Below, in pieces: positions 10,024 through 19,263 of a DNA stretch of 64,000 nt (its first letter is position 1; each line of letters starts with the position of its first letter). Below the pieces are notes generated by a model that was given only the letters and a program-made list of their open reading frames with translations, was not told where the DNA came from and did no database searches. This DNA is from an uncultured candidate division Zixibacteria bacterium (GTDB lineage: Bacteria > Zixibacteria > MSB-5A5 > GN15 > FEB-12), in NCBI GenBank assembly GCA_963806185.1, contig CAWDXE010000007.1, positions 608,001 to 672,000 of the forward strand. Direction: 5' to 3'. The translations under genes and the position numbers were made by a program.

Positions 10024-11337
10024 ACCGGCTGGCCTACGAGATGTACGCCGAGCGCATCACTCGTGCGCACGCTATCAAGCAATTCGGCAAAGTTACGCAG
10101 GTCGTAGGGCTTGATCATTGAATCGGCCGGTCCCTCGGTCCCCGTCGGGCGACTGTGCACGATAGAAAATCGGGACGATGGCTCTACGGTCAAGGCCGAA
10201 GTGGTCGGGTTTCGCAACGACCGACTCTTGTTGATGCCCTATGGACCGATCACGGGGATCACGCCGGGTGCGATTGTCACCTCGACCGCCGAACAGTTTC
10301 GTATCCCGGTTGGGCCGGAACTGATCGGACGCGTGGTAGGTGGTCTGGGGCAGCCGATCGATGGCAAGGGACCGATCGCGGCGACCGGCACACGCACGAT
10401 CAACGCACGGCCGATCCCCGTCATGAAGCGCAAGCCGATTGACCAGCCGATTCGGACGGGTATCAAGGCGATAGACCTTTTGGCGGCGGTGGGGAAGGGA
10501 CAGCGAATGGGGATATTCGCCGGATCAGGGGTTGGAAAATCGGTGCTGTTGGGCATGATCGCCCGCGGATCGTCGGCGGACATAAATGTAATTGGTCTGA
10601 TTGGCGAACGCGGTCGCGAGGTCCGCGAGTTCATTGAGCGGGATCTCGGTCCTGAGGGACTCAAACGATCGATCGTGGTAGCGGTGTCATCCGATCAACC
10701 GGCGCTGGTGCGAATCAAAGGGGCCATGGTCGCCACCACTATTGCGGAGTACTTCCGCGATCAGGGCAAAGATGTTTTGCTGCTCATGGATTCGGTCACG
10801 CGACTGGCTATGGCGCAGCGCGAAATCGGTTTGGCGGCCGGTGAGCCGCCCGCCACCAAAGGGTACACACCATCGGTGTTCGCCATGCTGCCGGGGTTGT
10901 TGGAACGAGCCGGTCAGCACCGAGCGCGGATCGATCACCGGACTATACACGGTGCTGGTAGAAGGCGACGATTTCAACGAGCCGATCTCCGATGCGGTCG
11001 ATCGATTCTCGACGGTCACGTGGCGCTGTCGCGAAAACTGGCGGCCATGAATCAGTATCCGGCGGTTGATTATCTTGACTCAATCAGTCGCGTTATGAAA
11101 GAGGTAGTCTCACCGGACGAGGTGGTTTTGGCCGGACAAGTGAGAGAGCTGGTCGCCACCTATCGCGAGGCGGAAGATCTGATCAACATCGGCGCCTACG
11201 TCAAAGGCTCGAATCCGAAAATCGATAGGGCCATCACCAAGATCGAGCCGATCAACCAGTTTTTTCGCCAGCGGATCGGCGAACTATGCGACTACGGTGA
11301 GTCTGTAAATTTGCTGCGCGCAATCGTGCAGGGGTGA
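10020..11337 (+). CDS. fliI: Flagellar export ATPase FliI (frameshift ~10109; compensating pair ~10916/~10999)
   Basis: GTG at 10020 gives ..FGKVTQVVG; GSGVGKS Walker A; the conserved GSITGLYTVLVEGDDFNEPISD lies in the alternate frame. Confidence 0.93.
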
Positions 11338-11345
11338 GCTGATTC

Positions 11346-11801
11346 GTGAAGAAGTACCGTTTCCGCTTAGAGCCGTTGCTCAATGTTCGCAAGCATGTCG
11401 AGAAGCAGCGCCAGAAAGAGCTGGCGTCAGCAGTCCTGCAGGTCGGTTTCCAGAAGGCCCATCTCGACAATCTTGCTGCGAAGCGAGTTGAAACGACCGA
11501 GTCTCAGCGGCAGATTCAGGGAGGGAAGCTGTCGGTCTATCAATTGCAGACCTACTCGCGCTATTTCGTGTTGCTCAAGAAAGAAACGCTGGCCGGGCAG
11601 GAGTTGCTTCGTGGCTTTGAGCGCGACGCCGACAACAAGCGGCGCAAATTGATTGAAGCGGCAAAACAGCGTAAGATATACGAAAAGCTGAAAGAAACCC
11701 AGCAGACGAAATTCTACAAGACCTTCTCTGACGCCGAAAAAAAGGAGGCCGACGAAATCGGCCTCAACAGCTTCAGATTAAATCATCCCAAGGCGAAATA
11801 A
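11346..11801 (+). CDS. fliJ: Flagellar export chaperone FliJ
   Basis: MKKYRFRLEPLLNVR, coiled coil, C-terminal EKKEADE; follows fliI. Confidence 0.88.
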   Translation: MKKYRFRLEPLLNVRKHVEKQRQKELASAVLQVGFQKAHLDNLAAKRVETTESQRQIQGGKLSVYQLQTYSRYFVLLKKETLAGQELLRGFERDADNKRRKLIEAAKQRKIYEKLKETQQTKFYKTFSDAEKKEADEIGLNSFRLNHPKAK

Positions 11802-11804
11802 TCT

Positions 11805-13092
11805 CTATTTCACCAGCAACATCTTCTTCGTCTCGGTGAACTTCTCCGACGACAGTCGATAGAAATACACGCCCGTAGCCAGGTCATTCCCATTGCCCGA
11901 CCGACCGTCGAAGACAATACGATGGTTTCCCGCCGCCAGTTGCTCCGAGACAAGCGTCCGCACGCGCTGTCCCAGCGTGTTGAAAATATCGAGCTGTACT
12001 TTGCCCGCAGTCGGCAGCGCGAATTCAATCGTTGTGGTCGGGTTGAACGGGTTTGGATAGTTCTGCGACAGGGTGTACGCCGCCGGCAGGGAGCCGTCGT
12101 TCGTATCGTCCACGTCCGTGGAGACAGACACCCTCAGCCAGCCGGCGCGGAAAAACGGGGCGAATTCGGCGTTGGCGTCAACCGCTGTCAATTTGGTTTT
12201 GGTCTTGAAGAAGCCAAGATACGTGGTCGTGTCGATGGTAATGGTCGTATCGGGAGTGGTCGGTGAGACGTGGAAATACAGCCGGGCAATTTTTCCGCTA
12301 CCGGGATCGAGCGGCGTCGTGAAGTCGAGCGACAGCAGAAGCTCTCTCCCTCCGTCATTGCGATTAACCGTACGAGTCGTCGCCTGCAGGCCTCGCGTGC
12401 CGAGGAATGACGCGCTGTCAAAGGTGAGGTAGCCGCTACCGTAGGTGAGCGCGATTGCGGAACTGGCGACATTGCGCTCGTTGTACATGTAGACGTCGAC
12501 GATCGGCGCCTGGCCCTTGGCAGTTTTCACGGTATCGACCCAGATCGAGTCCATGGCAATGGGCGATTCAACGATATTGAGGTGCCCTTTGCGGAACTTC
12601 GGTTTGAATGCCTGCAGGATTGGAACCGGTCAGCGAAGTCGATTTCTCGACCCCCAGGGTGTTGACGAAGGTGATCGAATCGATCGGTATATCCTGCGGC
12701 GTTATGGATGACTGATAGGAGATGTAGAGTCGCCCGATCATGCCGCTGCCGGCCGGAAGCAGGTCGCCGGAGGCAAAGCCGAAAATGTTCAGGATGGAGT
12801 CACCAGTGGCCGTGGCGCCCTTGAATCCCCAGGTACTCACTCGACCACCCGCGAAAGAGAAGGAATCAATGATAATCTGGTGCGACCTTTCGATCAGGGT
12901 GATCTCGAGGGCGGATATGTCCTCGTCATTCACCAACCGGACCGGCACAACACCAGATCCCGACTGGAACGCGACAACCGAATCGACGCGCACAGTATCG
13001 GGGGTGCCCGGATCGGTTTGGGCGAACAGGGAAGAGGCAGAGACGAGAAATCCGATGGTCAATATTTGAACAACGTGACGCGGGCGGTGCAT
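11805..13092 (-). CDS. Secreted protein: signal peptide, two cohesin-like domains, T9SS-type/FlgD-Ig C-terminal domain (frameshift ~12618)
   Basis: ATG at 13092 with SD AAGGAG; repeated module D(T/S)xxVDxV..V.V...N..DS.SF.G.R..L..GSG.I.RLY..I.ID..F..G.L; C-terminus LSQNYPNPFNP..GVYFYRL..KKMLLVK. Confidence 0.8.
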
Positions 13093-13368
13093 AGGCGACT
13101 CCTTAGCTCGTGTGGGGAGGCAGAGCAAAAAACGTGCTGCAATCTTCAATTGGGGTCGTGACGAACGGGCTGGTACTCTGCGACTCCTGCTAACGGCTAA
13201 TCTGCGTGCAATTAACATGTTACCGACATGTCAAATATAGTCACTGCAAAGGCGAACCGCAAGAGGGCGAATAGTGCGGCGCCTGCTATGCAACAGGCTG
13301 CCAAGAGATGTCCGGCAATGGCCCGGCAACGCAAGATGCTGAAATTCAGCGTGGCAACGAGAGTCCGC

Positions 13369-13395
13369 TAAGCGGTGACTCAACCGTGCCGATAT
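13369..13395 (+). promoter_or_regulatory. Sigma28 promoter
   Basis: TAAG-N15-GCCGATAT, near-consensus. Confidence 0.75.
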
Positions 13396-13403
13396 AGGGT
13401 AAC

Positions 13404-13610
13404 ATGATGCCCGCTCCACCGATACCGAAGTCGCGCTGCCGTTATCATCAAGTATGCTATCTGGCGGATGGCCTCAAATGTTCGGGGTACCGATTGGATT
13501 GTATCCTCTATCGTCAGACAAACGGTCAGCCGGTAACGGAGGCGTCATTTCACGAGGCAATGGATCGGCTGATTGACAGGACAAAAGCAGAGCATTCCAG
13601 GCTACCTTAA
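13404..13610 (+). CDS. Small Cys-rich hypothetical protein (68 aa)
   Basis: ATG 8 nt after the sigma28 -10 box; CX5CX7CX6C. Confidence 0.55.
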   Translation: MMPAPPIPKSRCRYHQVCYLADGLKCSGYRLDCILYRQTNGQPVTEASFHEAMDRLIDRTKAEHSRLP

Positions 13611-13620
13611 GCCGAGACTC

Positions 13621-13761
13621 AGCAGCGGTTGCTCATCTCATCCGGAAAATACTTCCGAATTCCCCTCGCAGGGAGTGAAACCACTTCATGGTCGAGGTCA
13701 GTTAAATATAAGCAAGACAATTCGTTACGTGTGCCGGTGGAATGTTGGCACAGTGACTGCT
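13621..13761 (+). promoter_or_regulatory. Sigma54 promoter of the flgF operon with upstream palindromes and an IHF-like site
   Basis: AGCA-N5-TGCT 13621-13633; GGAA-N5-TTCC 13644-13656; AGACAA-N4-TTA 13715-13727; TGGCAC-N5-CTGCT 13746-13761. Confidence 0.75.
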
Positions 13762-13782
13762 ATAGGGACTACGGAGGATTCT

Positions 13783-14514
13783 ATGGTTAAAGGTATGTAT
13801 ACCTCGGCCTCCGGCATGGTTCCGGGGGTCAAGAAGCAGGATCTGATCGCGAACAATTTGTCCAATGTCGGCACCACCGGCTTCAAGAAGGACCGGATGT
13901 TCACGCGAGAACTATCGGTCGCCGAGAAGAGACTTACGCCCAAGAAATCAGATTGGGAGCAGCCGATGGCGGACCGGCTGTTTATCGATTTTGCTCCCGG
14001 CACATTTGACAAAACCGGCAATCCTCATGACCTCGCGATCGAAGGCGACGGATTCTTCACGCTGACCGATCCCGAAGGAAACACTTATCTCACTCGTTCG
14101 GGCGCATTTGAAGTGAACGGGGAAGGGTATTTGTCCTATCCCGGAGGGTATCTGCTCAATGGCCAGGGTGGTCCAATCCAGGTAGGCAACTCAGAATTCA
14201 CGGTGAATCAGAACGGTGAGGTAGAGATCGGCGGTTCGGTGACCGATCGCATTCTGCCGGTCACCGTGCCGGACGTCGAGAAACTTGATCGAATCGGCGG
14301 GGCGATGTTTTCGCTGCCGGCCGGCACCGAAACCTCCCCCGTACCTCTGGCGCAAATTCAACAAGGATATCTGGAGGCGTCGAACGTCGACGTCGTCCAT
14401 GAGATGGTCGACATGATCATCACTTACCGGACCTACGAGGCGAATGCGCGCGCCCTGCAGCAGCAGGATGCGTCGCTCGATAACCTGTTCCAGGGTGTGG
14501 CGGGCGATAAATAA
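13783..14514 (+). CDS. flgF: Flagellar rod protein FlgF
   Basis: ATG at 13783 after GGAGG; ANNLSNVGTTGFKKD, TGNPHDLAIEGDGFF, LEASNVD. Confidence 0.9.
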   Translation: MVKGMYTSASGMVPGVKKQDLIANNLSNVGTTGFKKDRMFTRELSVAEKRLTPKKSDWEQPMADRLFIDFAPGTFDKTGNPHDLAIEGDGFFTLTDPEGNTYLTRSGAFEVNGEGYLSYPGGYLLNGQGGPIQVGNSEFTVNQNGEVEIGGSVTDRILPVTVPDVEKLDRIGGAMFSLPAGTETSPVPLAQIQQGYLEASNVDVVHEMVDMIITYRTYEANARALQQQDASLDNLFQGVAGDK

Positions 14515-14541
14515 GAAAACGAATTGCCATAGGAGGCAGAC

Positions 14542-15330
14542 ATGATAAAAGCGATGCGAACAGCTGCGACCGGTATGCAGGCGCAGCAGATGAATGTCGA
14601 CAACATCGCGAACAACCTGGCCAACGTCAACACGACCGGGTTCAAGAAGAGCAAGCTGGAATTCCAGGACGTTCTCTACCAGAACTACCGCAAAGCCGGC
14701 ACCGCGACCGCCATCGGCACGCAGACTCCTGCCGGACTGGCGATCGGATACGGCACGCGCCCGGCCTCGACGCTCCGCGAATTCAGCACCGGTGAACTGC
14801 AGTCGACCGGCAATCCCCTCGATATGGCCATCGAAGGGGATGGCTTCTTCCAGGTGCGACTGCCCGACGGCACGACTGGCTACACTCGCGACGGTTCGTT
14901 TCGAATATCGGGGGATGGCCGCATTGTGAACCCTGACGGGTACGTGATGATGCCGGAGCTCTCGATTCCCGAAGATACAACGTCAGTGTCGATAGGCCGC
15001 GACGGGACGGTCGAGGTCATGCAGGTCGGTCAGGACACTCCGACGCAGGTGGGGACACTGGAACTGGTCCGGTTCATCAATCCGGCCGGCCTCAACGCAA
15101 TTGGCCGAAATCTCCTGACGCTGACCAGTGCTTCCGGAAACCCCATCACGAACCAGCCGGGTCAGAGTGGGCTGGGCGAGGTAAACCAGGGGTATCTGGA
15201 AATGTCCAACGTCGAAGTGGTCGACGAAATGGTCAACATGATTGTTGCCCAGCGCGCCTACGAGATGAATTCGAAAGCGATTCAGACGGCCGACGACATG
15301 TCGTCGATCGCAAACAATTTGAAGCGATAG
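14542..15330 (+). CDS. flgG: Flagellar distal rod protein FlgG
   Basis: TAATGMQAQQ..IANNLANVNTTGFKK, EFQDVLYQ, YTRDGSF, AQRAYEMNSKAI. Confidence 0.96.
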   Translation: MIKAMRTAATGMQAQQMNVDNIANNLANVNTTGFKKSKLEFQDVLYQNYRKAGTATAIGTQTPAGLAIGYGTRPASTLREFSTGELQSTGNPLDMAIEGDGFFQVRLPDGTTGYTRDGSFRISGDGRIVNPDGYVMMPELSIPEDTTSVSIGRDGTVEVMQVGQDTPTQVGTLELVRFINPAGLNAIGRNLLTLTSASGNPITNQPGQSGLGEVNQGYLEMSNVEVVDEMVNMIVAQRAYEMNSKAIQTADDMSSIANNLKR

Positions 15331-15331
15331 T

Positions 15332-16036
15332 ATGAAGGACCTGCGGCGACATTGGATGGTTCTGATCGAACTGGCGTTCGTTCTCGGTACTCTGGCGGTG
15401 CAGCCGGCGAGGGCGACGATGAGTGATGAGAGTCTGATCGGCAACGTCATTGCGCACTACGGTTTCGACACTGCTGTCTACCAGGTCGAGGTGGTCTCGA
15501 CGTCCATAACGACGACCGACCTTGCACCGTCCGAAATCAACTTCACCGCTCTTTCCGACAAAGAGCCGCTCGGGCTGTTTACCGTCCTGGCAACGGCGAC
15601 GCGCAACAATGCGGTCATCGATCGCGGACAGGTGCGGCTCAGAATTCGCAAATTCGCCGAGGTGCCGGTGCTGAGCCGGGCGGTGAAATTCCATCAGACA
15701 CTCGATCGCTCATTGGTCGAAGTCAAGCGGATGGAGGTTACCAACCTGCGCGAGCAGCCACTGTCGGCCGGTGATGATCCGTCAGGCTACCGGGCCAAAC
15801 GGATGCTGGCGGCCGGTCAGATTCTCACCAATGAGGCGATGGAACCAGTTCCCGCCATCGAGTCCGGAAGCGAGGTCGCCATTGAGATTGGCGGCACCGC
15901 ATTCAACATTTCGGCTGAAGGTATCGCGCTCCAGGATGGTGCGCGAGGCGATCAGATAAAGGTGAAAAATACAACGTCAGGACGAATCCTCATGGCGCGC
16001 GTGGTTGACGACCGTCGCGTGACCGTGGAGCGATAA
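15332..16036 (+). CDS. flgA: P-ring formation chaperone FlgA
   Basis: Signal peptide, SAF-like region, ALQDGARGDQIKVKNTTSGRI. Confidence 0.88.
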   Translation: MKDLRRHWMVLIELAFVLGTLAVQPARATMSDESLIGNVIAHYGFDTAVYQVEVVSTSITTTDLAPSEINFTALSDKEPLGLFTVLATATRNNAVIDRGQVRLRIRKFAEVPVLSRAVKFHQTLDRSLVEVKRMEVTNLREQPLSAGDDPSGYRAKRMLAAGQILTNEAMEPVPAIESGSEVAIEIGGTAFNISAEGIALQDGARGDQIKVKNTTSGRILMARVVDDRRVTVER

Positions 16037-16061
16037 CTGCATGGGACGCAAAGGAAGTGTC

Positions 16062-16649
16062 ATGACTTTTCGACGACTGCTCATTCTGCTGGGGCTGCTC
16101 TTGCTGCTGCCTTTTTCGCTGAAACTGCGCGGGCAGGATTTCGGGCGAAGCAACTCGATGTATACCGACATCAAAGCTCACTCTGTCGGCGACATCCTCA
16201 CCGTACTTATTGTGGAGCAAAGCCGGGCCTCAAACCAGGTAGAAACCAAGACCGAAAAGAGCACGGCAACCAAGACCGACGGCGGCCCCGGTGTGGGTCC
16301 ACTCGATTTTATTCCGCTCTTCGGTGTCGACGCATCCAATTCGAACACGTTTGACGGCAAGGGGGAGAATCTCCGCGCCGGCAATGTCCGGGCCAAGATG
16401 TCCGTGACCGTCGTGGGCGTCAAAAAGAACGGTGATCTCATCATTGAAGGATCGCGCGTGGTCGGCATTTCCGGTGATCGTGAGACCTTCAACCTGAGCG
16501 GGGTCATCCGTCAAAAGGACATCACGCCCGACAACACGATTGAGTCGTATCTCATCGCCGACGCAGAGATTCACTATAGCGGCAAAGGGGCGGCCAATTC
16601 CGGCTCGCGGCCGGGATTCTTCACCCGAATCATTAACTGGCTGTTTTAG
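16062..16649 (+). CDS. flgH: Flagellar L-ring protein FlgH
   Basis: DIKAHSVGDILTVLIVE, NGDLIIEG, DITPDNTIES..IADAEI; alternative start 16041. Confidence 0.93.
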   Translation: MTFRRLLILLGLLLLLPFSLKLRGQDFGRSNSMYTDIKAHSVGDILTVLIVEQSRASNQVETKTEKSTATKTDGGPGVGPLDFIPLFGVDASNSNTFDGKGENLRAGNVRAKMSVTVVGVKKNGDLIIEGSRVVGISGDRETFNLSGVIRQKDITPDNTIESYLIADAEIHYSGKGAANSGSRPGFFTRIINWLF

Positions 16650-16658
16650 GAGGGGATC

Positions 16659-17795
16659 ATGCGTGGATCGCTTGTTCGAATGCTGGCCTCTCCCGTCGTG
16701 CTGGGGATAGTACTGGCGCTTTTCAGTGTGTGGTGTGACGTGGCCTATGGGGCCAAAGTTCGCATCAAAGATATTTCCGCATTCCAGACCAGCCAGGAGG
16801 CTGATCTGATCGGCTATGGTCTGGTGATCGGTCTGGACGGCTCGGGGGACGGTGCCGGCACGCAATTCACCGTGCAATCGCTCGTCAATATGATGCAACG
16901 GATGGGACTGACAGTCGAGCAGAGCAAGGTAAAGGTGAAAAACGTGGCGGCCGTCATGGTAACCGCCAAAATATCCAGCCAGCAAACTACCGGTTCCTAT
17001 TTTGATATTACCGTGTCGTCAGTAGGGGATGCCTCGTCATTACAAGGCGGAACGCTGCTGATCACACAATTGTCGGCGCCGGATGGCACGATTCGAGCGA
17101 CGGCCCAGGGGCCGGTGTCGATCGGCGGGTTCAACGTTCAGGTTGATGAAACCAATCGGATCGTCAAGAACTACACGGTCGTTGGACGCGTTCCCGGGGG
17201 CGGCAAAATCACCCAGGCGCTGGAGGCGAATCCGGCGAGCGAGAAGGAATTCTATATCTCGCTCAACGCGCCGGACTTCACCACGGCGCATCGCATGGCC
17301 GAAGCGATCAATATCCGTTACGGCGAGACGGCTTACCCGATCGATGGCGGCGCCGTGAAGGTGGTCGTGCCGGATACGCTGATGCACCCGACGTTGCGAT
17401 CGCGATTCATCTCCGACATCGGCCAGATGTCGGTCGACCCGGACAACATCGCCAAAGTCATTATCAACGAGAAGACCGGGACGATTGTAGCGGGCGAACA
17501 TGTCACCATTTCCCCGGTGGCGATTGCGCACGGCACGATTACGGTCAATATCCAGTCGCGTCCGGTCATCTCTCAGCCCGAGGCTTTCAGTAAGGGGGAA
17601 ACGGTGGTGACGCAGGAATCGCAGATCTCGGTGGAGCAGGAAACAGCGCGCGTCGTCGAACTCAAGGAATCAGTGCTGCTTTCGGACATTGCCGACGCCC
17701 TTAACAAGATCGGCGCCACGCCGCGCGATATTGTCGCCATTTTCCAGGCGCTCAAACAGGCCGGTGCACTGCAGGCCGAGCTGGTCATACTCTAA
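16659..17795 (+). CDS. flgI: Flagellar P-ring protein FlgI
   Basis: RIKDI, LIGYGLVIGLDGSGD, KNVAAVMVTA, ALKQAGALQAEL. Confidence 0.96.
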   Translation: MRGSLVRMLASPVVLGIVLALFSVWCDVAYGAKVRIKDISAFQTSQEADLIGYGLVIGLDGSGDGAGTQFTVQSLVNMMQRMGLTVEQSKVKVKNVAAVMVTAKISSQQTTGSYFDITVSSVGDASSLQGGTLLITQLSAPDGTIRATAQGPVSIGGFNVQVDETNRIVKNYTVVGRVPGGGKITQALEANPASEKEFYISLNAPDFTTAHRMAEAINIRYGETAYPIDGGAVKVVVPDTLMHPTLRSRFISDIGQMSVDPDNIAKVIINEKTGTIVAGEHVTISPVAIAHGTITVNIQSRPVISQPEAFSKGETVVTQESQISVEQETARVVELKESVLLSDIADALNKIGATPRDIVAIFQALKQAGALQAELVIL

Positions 17796-18727
17796 TGGCG
17801 CCGTTGGTAAACATCCCCTCCCGAGTTTCGCCCAACGGCGACCTCGACCGGCTGAAAGCGATGAAGGTCGATACACCGGAGGCGGAAAAGGCCCGTCTGC
17901 GCAAGGTTACGCAGGAATTCGAGTCGTTCTTCACCTACTACATGCTGAAGACAATGCGTCAGACCATACCGAAGGAGGATTCCGGTTCCGAATCGATGCT
18001 TGGCAGTGATTTGGGCAAGGACATGTTTACCGATATGTTTGACATGGAGGTAGGCCGGAAGATGAGTCAGGGGCAGTCGCGATCGCTCAGCGACATGCTG
18101 TACAAGTCGTTGGAAAAATTGATTGACCAACGGGCAACTCCAGAAGCCGGTACGGTCAAGGCCATCCCACTCAAAAAGGTCGAGTCCAGGCAGCTGCCCT
18201 TAAAGGCTGAACCGATCAGTCTGCCCGAACCGGAGAGACCGGCTCAGGTGAAAGCGGTCAAAGCGAAGCCGATCGACCTGCCTTCCGCGACGCGAAATGT
18301 GCACCCGGACAAGGTCATTTCCACATACGGAAAGTTGATCGATGAGGCGGCCGAGCGCCACCAGGTGGATTCCGCACTCATTGCGTCGGTTATTCATGCC
18401 GAATCGAGCGGCAATCCCAACGCCGTCTCCGACGCCGGTGCAAAAGGGCTCATGCAACTGACCGACTCGACAGCCGAGTACCTGGGCGTACAGGATTCGC
18501 TGGATCCCAAGGAAAATATCATGGGCGGAGCGAAGTATCTCCGCAAACTAATGGACAAGTACGGTGACATACGCCTGGCGCTGGCGGCGTACAACGCCGG
18601 CCCCGGGAATGTGGATAAATACGGTGGCGTGCCGCCGTTCAAGGAGACGACCGATTACATCGCCAAAGTCACCGGCTTTCTCAAGAACCTGAGCTCGAAA
18701 CATGACCAGTCGGCTAAAGGCGAATAG
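17795..18727 (+). CDS. flgJ: FlgJ-like: rod-binding domain fused to an SLT lytic transglycosylase
   Basis: QEFESFFTYYMLKTMR; VIHAESSGNPNAVS..GAKGLMQL, ALAAYNAGPG. Confidence 0.85.
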   Translation: MAPLVNIPSRVSPNGDLDRLKAMKVDTPEAEKARLRKVTQEFESFFTYYMLKTMRQTIPKEDSGSESMLGSDLGKDMFTDMFDMEVGRKMSQGQSRSLSDMLYKSLEKLIDQRATPEAGTVKAIPLKKVESRQLPLKAEPISLPEPERPAQVKAVKAKPIDLPSATRNVHPDKVISTYGKLIDEAAERHQVDSALIASVIHAESSGNPNAVSDAGAKGLMQLTDSTAEYLGVQDSLDPKENIMGGAKYLRKLMDKYGDIRLALAAYNAGPGNVDKYGGVPPFKETTDYIAKVTGFLKNLSSKHDQSAKGE

Positions 18728-18742
18728 GCGAGCTGTCGATAC
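18715..18742 (+). promoter_or_regulatory. Putative sigma28 promoter for flgN-flgK
   Basis: TAAA-N16-GTCGATAC. Confidence 0.65.
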
Positions 18743-18777
18743 TCTGAAACACAGGACGTTTCGCGAAGTATAGGAAC

Positions 18778-19263
18778 ATGATCAATCAGCTTATCGACAT
18801 CCTCAATCAGGAAGCGTCGCTCTTCGAGGCCTTTCTCGAACTGCTCGACCGGCAGAAGCAGGCGTTGGTCAAGAACGACATAGTCGCCCTTGACGAGATC
18901 ACGCGCCGTCAGCAGGAAAAGATCATCGAAGGTCAGCGGCTGGCGCGCACGCGCGAGCGTCTCATTCACGATATCAGTACCGCCAACGCCATAGAGGGGG
19001 ACCTCACCGTGTCGCGGTTGCTGGATATTGTCGACGAGCATCAGGCTACCCAGCTCAAGCAACTTCGGGAAACCGTGCTTTCCCTCAACGACCAGATACT
19101 CCGTACTCGCAACAGCAACGCGATGCTCATAAATCAGTCCCGTGAGTTCATCTCGAGGACTATGACGATGTTGTCCCGGGTTCATCATCAGGACAAGACG
19201 TACGGTCGCGGAGGCGAAACCGACAACGGCGGTCACGCCGTATTGATAGATGGGAGGGCATGA
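18778..19263 (+). CDS. flgN: Flagellar chaperone FlgN
   Basis: Helical, LLDRQKQALVKNDI..NAMLI, directly before flgK. Confidence 0.85.
   Translation: MINQLIDILNQEASLFEAFLELLDRQKQALVKNDIVALDEITRRQQEKIIEGQRLARTRERLIHDISTANAIEGDLTVSRLLDIVDEHQATQLKQLRETVLSLNDQILRTRNSNAMLINQSREFISRTMTMLSRVHHQDKTYGRGGETDNGGHAVLIDGRA

Noticed and set aside
8312..11337. Flagellar pseudogenisation or phase variation in fliG/H/I
   Set aside because: The same type of indel hits essential thrS, pheS and cysS, and there are no long slippage tracts
13238..13310. c-di-GMP-I riboswitch-like words (GGCGAACC..GGGCG)
   Set aside because: The P2 stem cannot form properly, and the segment lies upstream of the sigma28 promoter; needs an Rfam scan to revisit
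13573..13782. N-terminal extension of FlgF in the ORF track (also the 1802 start for the regulator and 60141 for gmhA)
   Set aside because: The extensions overlap promoter or upstream genes, or lack family similarity; downstream ATGs fit the family starts better
11346..13783. Loss of fliK, flgDE, fliL-R, flhAB and fliA
   Set aside because: The window starts inside cheB, so these genes may lie outside it; absence cannot be claimed
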